In this document: piece by piece, positions 1-11,687 of the stretch | How the letters are laid out: each line of letters opens with the position of its first letter | Numbering within the stretch: the stretch's first letter is position 1 | Origin: Candidatus Atribacteria bacterium UBA6251 | GTDB taxonomy: Bacteria; Atribacterota; Phoenicimicrobiia; Phoenicimicrobiales; Phoenicimicrobiaceae | Assembly (NCBI GenBank): GCA_002441285.1 | Contig: DJVR01000034.1 | Coordinates: 3,369-67,368 of the forward strand | DNA length: 64,000 bases | Direction: 5' to 3' | Made by a program: the position numbers and the translations under genes | Notes under the pieces: model-generated | Database searches by the model: none | What the model saw: only the letters and a program-made list of their open reading frames with translations | What the model was told of the DNA's origin: nothing

Positions 1-1525
1 AAAATTTTAATCCCATCATAACCATTCTAGCTACCCAGAAAAAGATAATGTCAAAACCGGTAACTAGTGTGGAAGTCGGATAAAAACTTTTCAAATCATC
101 GGTTTCTTCAGGCCATCCCAGAGTTGAGAAAGGCCAGAGGGCTGAGCTGAACCAGGTATCTAAAACATCGGGATCCTGAAATAAATTTTGGTTACCGCAT
201 TTTTTACATGAGGAAGGCTCGTATTCTTCTACATTTAAAGTTGAACAATCCTGACAATACCAAACTGGAATACGATGCCCCCACCATAGTTGTCTTGAAA
301 TACACCAATCTTTTATATTTTTCATCCATTCAAAATATACTTTAGTCCAGCGAGAAGGTATAAATTCAATTTTGCCCTCCTCTACCGCTGCAATAGCTGG
401 CTCAGCGAGTTCTTTCATTTTTACAAACCATTGCTTTGAAAGATAAGGCTCAATAACCGTATTACATCTATAACAATGTCCAACAGCATGATGATAATTT
501 TCAACTTTTTTAAGATATCCTTCATTTTTTAGGGCTTCTATTACTTCTTTCCTTGCTTCTTCAATATTTAAACCTTTAAATTTACCCGCCTGTTCATTTA
601 AAGTTCCATCTTCATTTAAAAGATTTATGAATTCAAGATTGTGCCGTTTGCCCATTTCATAATCATTAAGATCATGAGCAGGAGTAATTTTTACTGCTCC
701 AGTACCAAATTCTGGATCAACATAAGAGTCAGCAATAATAGATAATTCTCTTCCTACTAAAGGCAATATTGCAATTTTACCAATTAATCTTTTATATCTT
801 GGGTCATCAGGGTGAACTGCAACTGCTGTATCACCTAACATAGTTTCCGGTCTTACTGTAGCAACGGTAATATACTCACCACTATCTTTAATAGGATAAT
901 TTATATAATATAAATAAGCATCTTCTTCAACCGACTCTACTTCAATATCTGCTAAAGCAGTTTGGCACCTGGGGCACCAATTAATAACATAATTTTCTCG
1001 ATAAATTAAGCCTTCTTTATATAGTTGAACGAATACTTTTCTTACTGCTCGGGAAAGACCTTCATCTAAAGTAAATCTTAGACGCGACCAATCGCAGGAT
1101 GAACCTAGTCTCTTTAATTGATTGACAATATTTCCTCCATATTTCTCTTTCCATTGCCAAATCCGTTCTAAGAATTTTTCTCTCCCTAAATCATGTCTAG
1201 TCTTGTTTTCCTTGGAAATTTCTCTTTCTACTACATTTTGAGTAGCAATTCCAGCGTGATCAGTTCCTGGTAACCATAAAGTATTATATCCTTCCATCCT
1301 TTTCCATCTAATCAAAATATCCTGTAGAGTGTTATTTAAGGCATGACCAATATGTAGAGACCCAGTAACATTAGGAGGAGGTATTACTATCGAATAATTT
1401 TTTTCTTTATCCAATTGAATATGAGCTTTAAAATAATCTTTATCTAACCAGTATTGATACCATTTCTCTTCTAATCCTTTAGGATCATATACAGAGGGAA
1501 GATCGTTATTAAACATTTTTTTCAT
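1..1525 (-). CDS. valS: Valine--tRNA ligase (5' part; runs off the window start)
   Basis: Manual translation of the minus strand gives [15 protein letters not shown]..., [13 protein letters not shown] (HIGH motif), [14 protein letters not shown] and [27 protein letters not shown] lies 8 nt before the ATG at 1525. Not in the ORF track because the stop is outside the window. Confidence 0.96.
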   Translation of the reverse strand, partial: MKKMFNNDLPSVYDPKGLEEKWYQYWLDKDYFKAHIQLDKEKNYSIVIPPPNVTGSLHIGHALNNTLQDILIRWKRMEGYNTLWLPGTDHAGIATQNVVEREISKENKTRHDLGREKFLERIWQWKEKYGGNIVNQLKRLGSSCDWSRLRFTLDEGLSRAVRKVFVQLYKEGLIYRENYVINWCPRCQTALADIEVESVEEDAYLYYINYPIKDSGEYITVATVRPETMLGDTAVAVHPDDPRYKRLIGKIAILPLVGRELSIIADSYVDPEFGTGAVKITPAHDLNDYEMGKRHNLEFINLLNEDGTLNEQAGKFKGLNIEEARKEVIEALKNEGYLKKVENYHHAVGHCYRCNTVIEPYLSKQWFVKMKELAEPAIAAVEEGKIEFIPSRWTKVYFEWMKNIKDWCISRQLWWGHRIPVWYCQDCSTLNVEEYEPSSCKKCGNQNLFQDPDVLDTWFSSALWPFSTLGWPEETDDLKSFYPTSTLVTGFDIIFFWVARMVMMGLKF

Positions 1526-1544
1526 TTGCATTTCCTCCTTAGAA

Positions 1545-1758
1545 AAAATAAAAGACTCCTTCGTCAAGCAAGGACGAATGGAGCCTTTCCGTGGTACCAC
1601 CTTATTTCCTGTTTTTAAATATAAACTAAAGTAATATTTTAGACAGGCACTTATTTTAGTTTTAACGAAACTACCGTTTAACCTTACTTTTTTATTCGGG
1701 TTAAATTACCAGGGATGACTTTCGGATAAAGCCAACATTTCCTACTCTTCCCTGGATA
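1545..1758 (-). promoter_or_regulatory. T-box riboswitch, Val specifier (GUC), short Stem I
   Basis: T-box sequence AAGGTGGTACCACG followed by terminator GGCTCCATTCGTC..GACGAAGGAGTC-TTT. Stem I reads CCAGGGA-AGAGTA...GAA-A-GTC-A-TCCCTGG. UGGU matches the A73 discriminator of tRNA-Val. Confidence 0.9.
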
Positions 1759-1874
1759 TTTATGGCTATATTTTTTGCTATATTACTATATTTTAAACAG
1801 CATGTCAAAAAATAATCAAATTTTATAATTTAAAAAAGTAATCTCTTTTTTGATGCCGATTCATCATAGACAAT

Positions 1875-4232
1875 TTAGAAAGGTGATCTAATCAGTGCAG
1901 TTTTTAATACTTCATCTATATTATTTACTGCAATAAAATTTATTTTTTTTCTAATTTGTTTCGGTATATCCTCAATATTTTTAATGTTCTCTTTTGGTAT
2001 GATTATGTTTTTAATACCTGATTGATAAGCAGCTAGTATCTTTTCTTTTAAACCACCTACTGGTAATACTCTGCCTCGCAAAGTAATTTCTCCCGTCATA
2101 GCTACATCTTTGCGAACCGGAATTTCAGTAAGGGATGATATTAGAGAAGTAGCCATTGTTATTCCAGCCGATGGTCCGTCTTTTGGCGTAGCGCCTTCTG
2201 GAATATGAACATGAATATCATAGTTTTCATAGAATTTATCTTCAATTTTAAATACTTTTGCACGTGAACGAGCATAAGTTAAGGCAGCTTTACCTGATTC
2301 TTGCATTATTTCTCCCAGTTGTCCAGTTAGAGTTAATTTACCTTTCCCCGGCATCACAATTGTTTCCACGGACAGAATTTCCCCTCCTGCTTCTGTCCAG
2401 GCTAACCCAGTAGCTAATCCTACCATATCTTCCTTTTCAGTTAAATTATTTTTATATTTTGGTTTTCCTAAATAATTTTCCAGATTGTTTAAGTTTATCC
2501 TAATTTTCTTCTTTTTATTATGGTAGGCAATATTTAATGCTACTTTTCTGCAAATAGAAGCAATTTCTTTCTCCAAACCCCTAACTCCTGCTTCACGAGT
2601 ATATTCGTGGATTATTTTTTTAATGGCTGGAAGAGAAATATCTATATCTTCTTTTTTAAATCCATGATTTTTTAATTGTTTGGGAAGCAAAAATAAACGA
2701 GCTATACTTATCTTTTCATAATCTGTATAGCCTGGAAGACTAATTACCTCCATTCTATCTCTAAGAGAAAAAGGTATATCTTCTTCTATATTGGCAGTAC
2801 AGATAAACATTGTTTCAGAAAGATCAAAAGGTAATTCTAAATAGTGGTCAACAAAGTTACTATTCTGCTCAGGATCTAATACTTCCAACAAAGCTGAAGC
2901 CGGATTACCTCTAAAGTCCATTCCCATTTTGTCTATTTCATCTAATAAAAAGACTGGGTTTTTTGAATGAGCATTGATAATACCCTTAATAATTCTGCCC
3001 GGCATTGAACCTATATAGGTTTTTCTATGTCCCCTAATTTCTGCTTCATCTCTTACTCCTCCTAAAGATATCATTACAAAATTTCTACCCATTGCTCGGG
3101 CAATAGATTTAGCCAGAGAAGTTTTACCAACTCCCGGTGGACCGACTAAACAGAGAATTGTTCCTTTATTCTTATTCTTTTTTAATTTTTTAACGGCCAA
3201 ATATTCAAGTATTCTTTCTTTTACTTCATTTAAGCCGTAGTGATCTTTATTTAATATTTTTTCCACATATTTTATATCTAATTTTTCTTTGCTCTTTTTA
3301 TTCCAAGGCAAGGATAAAACCCATTCTAAATAATTTAATATTATACCGCTTTCAGCTGATAGCGGTGGAGTCTTTTCTAATCTTTTGATTTCTTTGAATA
3401 GTCTATCTTCCAATTTTTGTTCAAGTTTTAATTTTTTAATTCTTTTTTTATATTCATCTACTTCATTATCTTCTTCTTCATATTCAATATCCTGGATAGA
3501 AAGCTCTTTTTGAATCTCTTTTAATTGTTCTTTGAGATAATAATCTTTTTGTAATTTTTCCAATTTATCTTCAACTTTATTGTTAATTTGTTGTTTCAAA
3601 TTTAAAATTGCTGTTTCTTTTTTTAATAATTTAATTATTTTTTCTAATCTTTTTACCGGGTCAATTGTTTCTAAAAGTTCCTGTTTTTCTTTAATTCTTA
3701 AAAATAGGTTAGCCGCAATCAAATCGGCCAACTTTTCAATCTTTTCTATATTTTGTAAAGAAGAAATTATTTCTACTGGTACTTTATCATTTAGCTTTGC
3801 ATATTTTTCAAATTCCTGAAGAGCCAATCTCATTAGTGCTTCATTCTCTAAGTTTTTACTGGATTTACCCTTAATTTTTTCAATTTTTGCTAGTATTAAG
3901 TTTTTATTCTTTTCCAAATCCATTAATCTTGCGCGATGTAGTCCTTCGATTAACACTTTTATACTATTGTCTGGTAATTTATAGATTTGAATTATTTTAG
4001 CTATGGTACCCACTGTAAAAAGGTTATCCTGCTCTATTTTTTCTATTTCCGGATTTTTTTGAGTTACTATAAATATATGATTATTTGAGCTAATTGCTTC
4101 CTCTAAAGAGTTCAATGATTCTTTACTTTCCTCAAAAAGAGGAATAATCATAGAGGGAAAGATCACTGAATCAATTATAGGCAATAAAGGAAGTGTGGTC
4201 TGATTTGATTTTTTATTTTTTAAATTATTCAT
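1875..4232 (-). CDS. lon: Lon ATP-dependent protease
   Basis: LON N-domain, Walker A GPPGVGKT, catalytic PKDGPSAG and downstream Lys (GGLKEK). Confidence 0.97.
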   Translation of the reverse strand: MNNLKNKKSNQTTLPLLPIIDSVIFPSMIIPLFEESKESLNSLEEAISSNNHIFIVTQKNPEIEKIEQDNLFTVGTIAKIIQIYKLPDNSIKVLIEGLHRARLMDLEKNKNLILAKIEKIKGKSSKNLENEALMRLALQEFEKYAKLNDKVPVEIISSLQNIEKIEKLADLIAANLFLRIKEKQELLETIDPVKRLEKIIKLLKKETAILNLKQQINNKVEDKLEKLQKDYYLKEQLKEIQKELSIQDIEYEEEDNEVDEYKKRIKKLKLEQKLEDRLFKEIKRLEKTPPLSAESGIILNYLEWVLSLPWNKKSKEKLDIKYVEKILNKDHYGLNEVKERILEYLAVKKLKKNKNKGTILCLVGPPGVGKTSLAKSIARAMGRNFVMISLGGVRDEAEIRGHRKTYIGSMPGRIIKGIINAHSKNPVFLLDEIDKMGMDFRGNPASALLEVLDPEQNSNFVDHYLELPFDLSETMFICTANIEEDIPFSLRDRMEVISLPGYTDYEKISIARLFLLPKQLKNHGFKKEDIDISLPAIKKIIHEYTREAGVRGLEKEIASICRKVALNIAYHNKKKKIRINLNNLENYLGKPKYKNNLTEKEDMVGLATGLAWTEAGGEILSVETIVMPGKGKLTLTGQLGEIMQESGKAALTYARSRAKVFKIEDKFYENYDIHVHIPEGATPKDGPSAGITMATSLISSLTEIPVRKDVAMTGEITLRGRVLPVGGLKEKILAAYQSGIKNIIIPKENIKNIEDIPKQIRKKINFIAVNNIDEVLKTALIRSPF

Positions 4233-4345
4233 TCTTTATATTTGAATTCCCCTTCTACTTCGAACAAATAAAGTAATTAGTAATATAGAGAAATTAATTA
4301 CTTATTTTCTTATTATTAAAAGAATAATCATTATAGATTCTTGAT

Positions 4346-4930
4346 TTATTTTCTATTTTTGATTACTTCATCTATAATACCATATTCCTGAGCTTCAAGA
4401 GCAGTCATATAAAAATCTCGATCAGTATCTTTTTCAATTTTTTTTAATGGTTGCCCAGTATGTAAGGTAAATATCTTATTAATATTATCTTTAATTCTTT
4501 TTAGTTCTTTAGTTTGTATTTCGATATCAGTTACTTGTCCTTGTGCTCCACCCAGAGGTTGATGGACCATAATTCTAGAATTAGGTAAGGCATATCTTTT
4601 TCCCTTTGTTCCACTACATAAGATTAAAGCAGCTCCACTAGCTGCCATACCTACACAAATAGTGGATACCTTCGATTTAATATATTGTATAGTATCATAA
4701 ATGGCAATAGTCGAACTAACTGACCCACCTGGACTGTTAATGTAAATATAGATATCTTTATCCGAATCACTGGCATCCAAAAATAATAATTGAGCAATTA
4801 TAGTATTAGCTGTTGTATCATCAATTTCTGTTCCTAAAAAGATTATTCTATCTTTTAATAAACGCGAATATATATCATAGGACCTTTCTCCCTGAGGAGT
4901 CTGTTCTATTACTATCGGTACTAGGCTCAT
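4346..4930 (-). CDS. clpP: Clp protease proteolytic subunit
   Basis: [27 protein letters not shown] and MVHQP motifs. Confidence 0.97.
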   Translation of the reverse strand: MSLVPIVIEQTPQGERSYDIYSRLLKDRIIFLGTEIDDTTANTIIAQLLFLDASDSDKDIYIYINSPGGSVSSTIAIYDTIQYIKSKVSTICVGMAASGAALILCSGTKGKRYALPNSRIMVHQPLGGAQGQVTDIEIQTKELKRIKDNINKIFTLHTGQPLKKIEKDTDRDFYMTALEAQEYGIIDEVIKNRK

Positions 4931-4932
4931 AA

Positions 4933-6243
4933 TTATTTTTTCTCCTTTCCAGAAGTGATAATTTTTACTTGTTTACTAAGATAATCGAGCGTTTTTTCTC
5001 TTTTTATGCTTTCTTTTAATGCTTCTAATGTATTTTCTTTTTTAAAACTTGCTTCAACTTTTAAAGGGTCTTGTTTTATTTCCTGAGCTATACTATTAAT
5101 TTTATTCTTTATATCTTCTTCATTTACCTCTAAGTTAAATTGTTTAGTTAACTGTTCTAAAACTAATTCTTCTTTGACTCTCTTTTCTGCAACTTTCTTA
5201 TATTCTTGTCTTACTTTTTCTTCATTAGAATTAATTCTTTTATAATATTCCTCTAAGCTAATATTCTGAGCTTTAAGATCATTTTCCAGGTATTTCATCA
5301 TATAATCAAGTTCTCTCTCGATGAGAACTTCAGGGACCTTTACTTCGCTAATTTCTGCAACTTTATCTAATAATATATGTTCAAAATTAATCTTATTAAT
5401 TCGATTAACTTGTTGTTCTAACCTTTTTCTAATTTCTTCTTCCAACTCATCTAAGCTTTGATAATTACCTATTTTTTTAATAAAATCATCGTTTATTTGT
5501 GGTAATTCTTTTTCTTTGATTTCAAGTACTTTTATTTTATAGGTTATTTCTTTACCAGCAAGATCCTTTTCCTGAGCATTTACGGGAACCTTTATCATTA
5601 TCTCTTTTTCTTCTCCAGGTGAACAGTTTAGTAATTGTTGATTAAATTCTTGAACAGGACTCTTTCCTAACTGGATAAGTTGTTTTTCTAATTTAGTTTT
5701 TTCTAAAGGTTCCCCTTCCAGGTAAGCCTCTGCATCAATAACCAAAAAGTCCCCTTCTTTTGATTTCCTATTTTCGATTACTTTTAGAACAGCTTGACTT
5801 TCTTGCAATCTTTTTAACTCAACCTGTATGTCTTCTTCGGAAACAGTTTGATCTTCTTTATTGATTTCCAACTCTTTTAAATTACCAATCTTTACTTCTG
5901 GTTTTAATTGCACTTTAGCTTCATAAATTAAGGATTTATCCTCTTCAATTTGAATAATATTAATTTCAGGTTGAGTAATTGGTTGAATATTTGATTCTTT
6001 TATCGCTTCACTATAACTTTCTGGAATAATTTCTTCAGCTAATTTTTGATAAAAATATTCTTTACCTAAGTGTAAATTTAAGATATTTTTAGGTACCCTT
6101 CCCTGTCTGAAACCAGGTATTCTTACTTGGTATGATAATTTATTATATAATTTTTCTAATTTATCACTTACTACAGCTTGGTCAATTTCTATTTCTAAAT
6201 TAACCTTGTCCTGCTGCTGTTCTTTTATTTTTAATTTTACCAT
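4933..6243 (-). CDS. tig: Trigger factor
   Basis: Ribosome-binding motif [10 protein letters not shown], 436 aa, directly upstream of clpP. Confidence 0.95.
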   Translation of the reverse strand: MVKLKIKEQQQDKVNLEIEIDQAVVSDKLEKLYNKLSYQVRIPGFRQGRVPKNILNLHLGKEYFYQKLAEEIIPESYSEAIKESNIQPITQPEINIIQIEEDKSLIYEAKVQLKPEVKIGNLKELEINKEDQTVSEEDIQVELKRLQESQAVLKVIENRKSKEGDFLVIDAEAYLEGEPLEKTKLEKQLIQLGKSPVQEFNQQLLNCSPGEEKEIMIKVPVNAQEKDLAGKEITYKIKVLEIKEKELPQINDDFIKKIGNYQSLDELEEEIRKRLEQQVNRINKINFEHILLDKVAEISEVKVPEVLIERELDYMMKYLENDLKAQNISLEEYYKRINSNEEKVRQEYKKVAEKRVKEELVLEQLTKQFNLEVNEEDIKNKINSIAQEIKQDPLKVEASFKKENTLEALKESIKREKTLDYLSKQVKIITSGKEKK

Positions 6244-6312
6244 TATTAATATTCCTCCGCTATATTTTCTTCAAGTAAATAAGTTAGATATTTATTTATT
6301 TTTTATATTAAA

Positions 6313-6342
6313 TTACAACCGCAAATAAATTTGCGGTTGTAA
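6313..6342 (-). terminator. Hairpin terminator after the tRNA cluster
   Basis: Perfect inverted repeat TTACAACCGCAAA-TAAA-TTTGCGGTTGTAA. Confidence 0.65.
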
Positions 6343-6385
6343 AACTATCATCATAAATTTTTAAATCTGTTTTAATCATTTTCTC

Positions 6386-6470
6386 TGGTGCGAAGGGCGG
6401 GACTCGAACCCGCATGGTTTTACCCACTGGATCCTAAGTCCAGCGTGTCTACCAATTCCACCACCCTCGC
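6386..6470 (-). tRNA. tRNA-Leu(TAG)
   Basis: Cloverleaf with long variable arm, anticodon loop CT-TAG-GA, encoded CCA. Confidence 0.96.
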
Positions 6471-6484
6471 TATAATAATTTAAA

Positions 6485-6560
6485 TGGTGGGCCGTACAGG
6501 ATTCGAACCTGTGACACCCTGATTAAAAGTCAGGTGCTCTGCCACCTGAGCTAACGGCCC
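6485..6560 (-). tRNA. tRNA-Lys(TTT)
   Basis: GGGCCGT acceptor stem, loop CT-TTT-AA, encoded CCA. Confidence 0.96.
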
Positions 6561-6567
6561 ATATAAG

Positions 6568-6641
6568 CGCGCTCGGAGGGACTTGAACCCCCAACCATCG
6601 GATCCGAAGTCCGCAGCTCTATCCAATTAAGCTACGAGCGC
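6568..6641 (-). tRNA. tRNA-Arg(TCG)
   Basis: GCGCTCG/CGAGCGC acceptor stem, loop CT-TCG-GA, CCA not encoded. Confidence 0.95.
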
Positions 6642-6664
6642 TTAAATAAAAGCTTTACTTAAAG

Positions 6665-6740
6665 GGTGAGCGAGGGGATTTGAACCCCCGACCACTGGAG
6701 CCACAATCCAGTGCTCTAACCAGTCTGAGCTACGCCCACC
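6665..6740 (-). tRNA. tRNA-His(GTG)
   Basis: Loop TT-GTG-GC, encoded G-1 opposite the C73 discriminator. Confidence 0.95.
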
Positions 6741-6756
6741 ATAATAATATAATAAG

Positions 6757-6830
<74 letters not shown>

Positions 6831-6842
6831 AGGTTTAGCATC

Positions 6843-6918
6843 TGGAGCGGGAAACGGGTTTCGAACCCGCGACACCCAGCTTGGAAGGCTGGTGCTCTGC
6901 CAACTGAGCTATTCCCGC
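6843..6918 (-). tRNA. tRNA-Gly(TCC)
   Basis: GCGGGAA acceptor stem, loop CT-TCC-AA, encoded CCA. Confidence 0.96.
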
Positions 6919-6919
6919 C

Positions 6920-6996
<77 letters not shown>

Positions 6997-7007
6997 AAAC
7001 AAAAGTT

Positions 7008-7036
7008 ATTATATAAGAAATATTGAGATAAGTCAA
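7008..7036 (-). promoter_or_regulatory. Sigma70-type promoter of the tRNA operon
   Basis: TTGACT-17 nt-TATAAT, about 11 nt upstream of tRNA-Pro. Confidence 0.75.
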
Positions 7037-7057
7037 TCAAAAAATATGGTAAATATA

Positions 7058-7651
7058 TTATTCTTTCCCCATTAAGTTTTCTAGAATTTGTTTCATTTGT
7101 TTCAAGGCTTTAGCTCGATGGCTAATTTTGTTTTTTATCTCTTCACCTAATTCAGCAAAAGTCCTATTATATTCAGGTACTATAAAAATAGGATCATATC
7201 CAAATCCATTACTTCCTCGCGGTGAGGTAGCAATAATTCCCATGCATTCACCCTCTATTATATAACTTTTTCCTTCTGGAAAGAATAGTGCTAATGCACA
7301 AATAAATTTTGCCTTTCTTCGTTTTTTCGGTACACCCTTTAATAAATTTAAAACTTTTTGAATTCGTTCTTTATCACTTTTCCCCCAGCGGGCGGATAAT
7401 ATTCCTGGTTTTCCTCCTAAATATTCTATTGCTAATCCAGAATCATCGGCTAAGCATATTTTTCCGGTAAGTTTAGAAATAAACTCTGCTTTTTTAAGGG
7501 CATTTTCCTGAAAACTTTGACCATCTTCTTTTATTTCTGGTAAATCATAAAAATCATTTAAACTTAAAATTTTTATATTAGTATTTTTTAAAATATCCTT
7601 TATCTCTTTGATTTTACCAGAATTTTTAGAAGCAATAAGTAATTCTAACAT
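7058..7651 (-). CDS. rdgB: Non-canonical purine NTP pyrophosphatase (HAM1/RdgB)
   Basis: [21 protein letters not shown] and KISHR motifs; follows rph. Confidence 0.95.
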   Translation of the reverse strand: MLELLIASKNSGKIKEIKDILKNTNIKILSLNDFYDLPEIKEDGQSFQENALKKAEFISKLTGKICLADDSGLAIEYLGGKPGILSARWGKSDKERIQKVLNLLKGVPKKRRKAKFICALALFFPEGKSYIIEGECMGIIATSPRGSNGFGYDPIFIVPEYNRTFAELGEEIKNKISHRAKALKQMKQILENLMGKE

Positions 7652-8370
7652 ATATCTTTTAAGATTTCTTTTTCTTTTTCGATTACCATTTCAATACCAT
7701 ATTCACCTAATTTAATTAACTCTAACAAATTTCTTTTAGAAAAAGGTCTTCCTTCAGCAGTCCCTTGTATTTCTATGATTTCTCCTTTTTCCGTCATTAC
7801 CAAGTTTAAATCTACTTGTGCACGAGAATCTTCATCAAAATTTAAGTCTAATAACATTTCTCCATCTACGATCCCCATACTGATCGCTCCCAAATATTCT
7901 TTGATAGGAATCTTCTGTAATTGTCCTTCTGCCTTTAGGTAATTTAAAGCATCATATAGGGCAATAAAAGAACCGATAATAGAAGCAATTCTAGTTCCTC
8001 CATCTGCTTGCAACACATCACAATCTATCCAGATAGTTCTCTCTCCTAATTCTTCTAAATCTACTACCGCTCTTAAAGCTCTACCAATCAATCTTTGGAT
8101 TTCTGAAGACCTTCCATTAATTTTACCTTTTATGGAATCACGGATATTTCTTATCTGATTAGCACGAGGAATCATCGAATATTCTGCTGAAATCCAACCT
8201 TTTTTAGTTCCTCGTAAAAAAATTGGCGTTTTATCTTCTACGGAGGCAGTACAGACTATTTTGGTATCTCCCATTTCTATCAAAACAGATCCCTCAGCAT
8301 ATTTAATATAATTTCTATTTACCTTAATGGGTCTTATTTCATTAAATTTTCGATTATTACTCCTTAACAT
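7645..8370 (-). CDS. rph: Ribonuclease PH
   Basis: [11 protein letters not shown] and [10 protein letters not shown] motifs. Confidence 0.96.
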   Translation of the reverse strand: MLRSNNRKFNEIRPIKVNRNYIKYAEGSVLIEMGDTKIVCTASVEDKTPIFLRGTKKGWISAEYSMIPRANQIRNIRDSIKGKINGRSSEIQRLIGRALRAVVDLEELGERTIWIDCDVLQADGGTRIASIIGSFIALYDALNYLKAEGQLQKIPIKEYLGAISMGIVDGEMLLDLNFDEDSRAQVDLNLVMTEKGEIIEIQGTAEGRPFSKRNLLELIKLGEYGIEMVIEKEKEILKDIC

Positions 8371-8400
8371 TTTAGTTTCCTCTTCTTATAAATAATTCCT

Positions 8401-9261
8401 TTATTTTTCTCTAGATAAAATATAGTCTGCTAGAGAATTCAACATTGCAGATTTTTCTCCGAATATTTTTATCGACTTTTTAGCCTCCTGGATCAAATTT
8501 TCTACTATTTTTCTTGATTCCTTTAAGCCAAATTTGTGAGGATAAGTATATTTTTTCATCTCTCTTTGATCTTGCATTAAATCTAATATATCATCAGTTA
8601 TTTGAAAAGACAAACCAATGTTTTGCCCATATTTAGTTAAAGCTTTTAGTTCTTCTTTATTTGCTGCACAAAGTAGAGCTGCCCCACGAATAGTAGCACA
8701 GATAAGAGAGGCAGTTTTTTTCTCATACAGTTTAAAAAAACCTTCTCTGGTAGCATTTTCTTCTTGCATAGTTATATCTTCAATTTGCCCCCCCAATAAA
8801 TTTTCTGTTCCTAAATAATGAGTAAGTTCCTTCAGAACTTTTAAAACTGTTGATTTTTTTATTCCTTTAATTTCTTCATTTTTTAAAATAGCTTGTATAC
8901 CTAAAATCATTAGGGCATCTCCAGTTAGGATCGCAATATCTTCGCCAAACACTTTATGACAGCTGGGTTTACCTCTTCTAAAATCATCATTATCAATAGA
9001 GGGTAAATCATCATGAATTAAAGAAAAAGTATGAATAAGTTCAATTCCACAGGCAAAATAGATTACCTTTTCCCATTTTTCTCCTAAAATTTCTGCAGTC
9101 ATTAAAGCTAAAAAAGGTCTTAACCTCTTCCCTCCACTAAAAACACTATAACGCATCGCTTGATGAATTATAGCCGGTTCCATCCCTTCTTCAGGTAAAA
9201 TTTTATTTAGAGTATTATCAATAATTATCCTTTTTTCTTCAAGATATTTTTCAAGATTCAT
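8401..9261 (-). CDS. ispA: Polyprenyl diphosphate synthase (FPP/GGPP)
   Basis: GGKRLRP, HDDLPSIDNDDFRRG and FQITDD motifs; follows xseB. Confidence 0.92.
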   Translation of the reverse strand: MNLEKYLEEKRIIIDNTLNKILPEEGMEPAIIHQAMRYSVFSGGKRLRPFLALMTAEILGEKWEKVIYFACGIELIHTFSLIHDDLPSIDNDDFRRGKPSCHKVFGEDIAILTGDALMILGIQAILKNEEIKGIKKSTVLKVLKELTHYLGTENLLGGQIEDITMQEENATREGFFKLYEKKTASLICATIRGAALLCAANKEELKALTKYGQNIGLSFQITDDILDLMQDQREMKKYTYPHKFGLKESRKIVENLIQEAKKSIKIFGEKSAMLNSLADYILSREK

Positions 9262-9520
9262 TATTACTGTTTTCTCCTTTATTTATAGAAAAAGGATTGA
9301 GAGAATATTCTCCTTCGCCTTTGATTACCAACTCTTCAACTCTTTGCTTAGCTTGGTCTAACATTTTTAGACATATCTTTGAGATATTCATACCTTCCTG
9401 GTATAATTCTACTGATTCATCCAGAGTTAATTCTCCTTCTTCCAATTGTTGAACGATCTTTTCTAATTTTTCTAAATAATCTTCAAATTTCATTTTTTGA
9501 TTATCTTTTTTACTTTTCAA
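9251..9520 (-). CDS. xseB: Exodeoxyribonuclease VII small subunit
   Basis: FEDYLEKLEKIVQQLEEGELTLDES motif; adjacent to xseA. Confidence 0.93.
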   Translation of the reverse strand: MKSKKDNQKMKFEDYLEKLEKIVQQLEEGELTLDESVELYQEGMNISKICLKMLDQAKQRVEELVIKGEGEYSLNPFSINKGENSNNES

Positions 9521-10748
9521 GTTTGAGAGCCTCCTTTTGGTTTATTTGTCCGTAAAGCTTTCCGTTACTGATAATTATTTCTATTTGGTTGCCAGACTCT
9601 ACCTGTTCAATTTTTTTAATTATCTCTAAATCTGGGTATCTTCTACAAATACTATATCCTCTTTGTATAACTGCCCAAGGGTTTAGAGCGGTTAATCTCT
9701 GGATATCTTTATTCACTTTTTCATTTAACCACTGAATTTGATAATTCATTTGGTTATTCATTCGGTTAATTATCTCATCTAAATGTTGATAATGTTGGTT
9801 AATCTTATTCTCAGGGTTATAAAAATTGATGGTTTTTTTTAAGGAATTCATATTTTCCTGGTATATTTCCATTCTTCTATTAATAGCTCTATTTAATTTC
9901 CCTACTATTAGATTTAGATGGTAAATTAATTTATCCTTTTCGGGAATTGTCATTTCAGCTGCTGCAGAAGGAGTAGGAGCGCGTAAATCTGCTACAAAAT
10001 CAGCAATAGTGAAATCTGTTTCATGACCAACTGCGGATACAATAGGAATCATTGAACGATAAATACTACGCGCAAGTATTTCTTCATTAAAAGCCCATAA
10101 TTCTTCTAATGAGCCACCTCCGCGTCCCACTATAATAAAATCTAAATCATAAAAGTTTTGATTTAAAAAATCAATTTTTTGGGCAATTTCCCGGGCAGCT
10201 TGAACGCCCTGGACTAAAGATGGTACCACTAAAATAGAAAGATTGGGAAATCTTCTCAGAGAAATAGTAATAATATCACGAATTGCAGCTCCAGTAGGAG
10301 AGGTAATTACCGCAATTTTTTGGGGTAAAAAGGGTAATTTTTTCTTTCTTTCTTCCAAAAATAGACCTTCATTTCTTAGCTTTTCTTTCAACTTTTCAAA
10401 AGCTAAGTAGAGTTCTCCTTTGCCTGATTCAATAATCATCCGAGCATATAACTGATAGTCCCCTTTTCTTTCATAAATTTTTATATCTCCCAGCACCTTT
10501 ACCTTCATACCATCCTGAGGAATAAATTTCAGATTAAAATTATTGCCCTTAAACATTACACATTTAATCTGGCTTTCTTCATCTTTTAAGATAAAGTACA
10601 TATGGCCAGAGGAGTGAAATTTAAAATTAGAAATTTCACCTAAAACCCAAATATTTTGTAAATTATCATCACTTTCAAATAGGGTTTTTAAATATTTATT
10701 AACTTTAGATACGGTATATATATTTTTCTCTAAAAAGTTATTATTCAT
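9510..10748 (-). CDS. xseA: Exodeoxyribonuclease VII large subunit
   Basis: GEISN..SGHMYF, RGGGSLEELWAFN, GHETD and APTPSAAAE motifs. Confidence 0.96.
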   Translation of the reverse strand: MNNNFLEKNIYTVSKVNKYLKTLFESDDNLQNIWVLGEISNFKFHSSGHMYFILKDEESQIKCVMFKGNNFNLKFIPQDGMKVKVLGDIKIYERKGDYQLYARMIIESGKGELYLAFEKLKEKLRNEGLFLEERKKKLPFLPQKIAVITSPTGAAIRDIITISLRRFPNLSILVVPSLVQGVQAAREIAQKIDFLNQNFYDLDFIIVGRGGGSLEELWAFNEEILARSIYRSMIPIVSAVGHETDFTIADFVADLRAPTPSAAAEMTIPEKDKLIYHLNLIVGKLNRAINRRMEIYQENMNSLKKTINFYNPENKINQHYQHLDEIINRMNNQMNYQIQWLNEKVNKDIQRLTALNPWAVIQRGYSICRRYPDLEIIKKIEQVESGNQIEIIISNGKLYGQINQKEALKLEK

Positions 10749-11161
10749 CTTTCTCTTTTAAAAATACTTTTATTTACCTTGCCTAAAATTCCATTTACAA
10801 AGATAAAAGAATTTTCAGTACCATATTTTTTTGCTAATTCTATTGCCTCGTTAATAGATACACTGCGCGGAATATCTTCTCTATATAAGATTTCAAAAAT
10901 AGCAATGCGAAGAATATTTCGATCAATATGATTTATCCTTTCTAAAGACCAATTATCGGTATGCTCTTTGATAATCGTATTAATTTCAGTAAGGTTTAAC
11001 ATTACCCCTTCAACCAGGGAAAGGGTAAAATCCCATATCTCCTGATTAGGATGATACATCTCCCAAATAAATTTTAAACTTTCTTCCAAATTAGCATTGA
11101 CTAAATCAATTGGAAATAAGACTTGAAGCGCTAACTCTCTAGATACTCTCCTGTTTCCCAT
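10745..11161 (-). CDS. nusB: Transcription antitermination factor NusB
   Basis: RRVSRELALQ, DRNILR, INEAIELAKKYG and FVNGIL motifs. Confidence 0.95.
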   Translation of the reverse strand: MGNRRVSRELALQVLFPIDLVNANLEESLKFIWEMYHPNQEIWDFTLSLVEGVMLNLTEINTIIKEHTDNWSLERINHIDRNILRIAIFEILYREDIPRSVSINEAIELAKKYGTENSFIFVNGILGKVNKSIFKRER

Positions 11162-11192
11162 TTTAATCTCCTGCGAATTGAAGTTACTTTTT

Positions 11193-11630
11193 TTATATTA
11201 CTTGAATAGATAGATCTGATAAAATTAAGTCTTTTTTCCTAAAATGATTATTTGGAAAGTAGATACCTTGAATGTGTATATTTATTTCTAAATCGTCTAT
11301 TGCAAGTTTATGTACGATTTCTTCTTTTATTTTACTCTGAATTTCCCAGGCTAAATCTGGAATTCTTATTCCATATAGAATGGTTAAAAATAATTCAATT
11401 AATATGTTTTGCTCTTTGGTTTCTATTTTTATCTCAATATTTTTGTCTTTATTATTTTGTTTTTCCTCTTCTTTTATCATTTCTAGATTAGAAAAATTAT
11501 TTATTTTTCTAATTTTATTTTTTTCTTTCTCTATTATGCCTTTAACCTTCCTTATTTTTAACATAATAAGTTGTTCAATCACTTCATTTTCAATAATTAT
11601 TTTCCCATATTCACTTTTTATATTGAGCAT
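11193..11630 (-). CDS. Asp23/Gls24 family protein
   Basis: YGKIIIENEVI..YGIRIPDLAWEIQ..INIHIQGI pattern; conserved position upstream of nusB. Confidence 0.8.
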   Translation of the reverse strand: MLNIKSEYGKIIIENEVIEQLIMLKIRKVKGIIEKEKNKIRKINNFSNLEMIKEEEKQNNKDKNIEIKIETKEQNILIELFLTILYGIRIPDLAWEIQSKIKEEIVHKLAIDDLEINIHIQGIYFPNNHFRKKDLILSDLSIQVI

Positions 11631-11687
11631 TTTTTATTTCCTTTTCTATTGGAAAAAAGACTTTTCTATAAAACCTTAAGCAAAATC

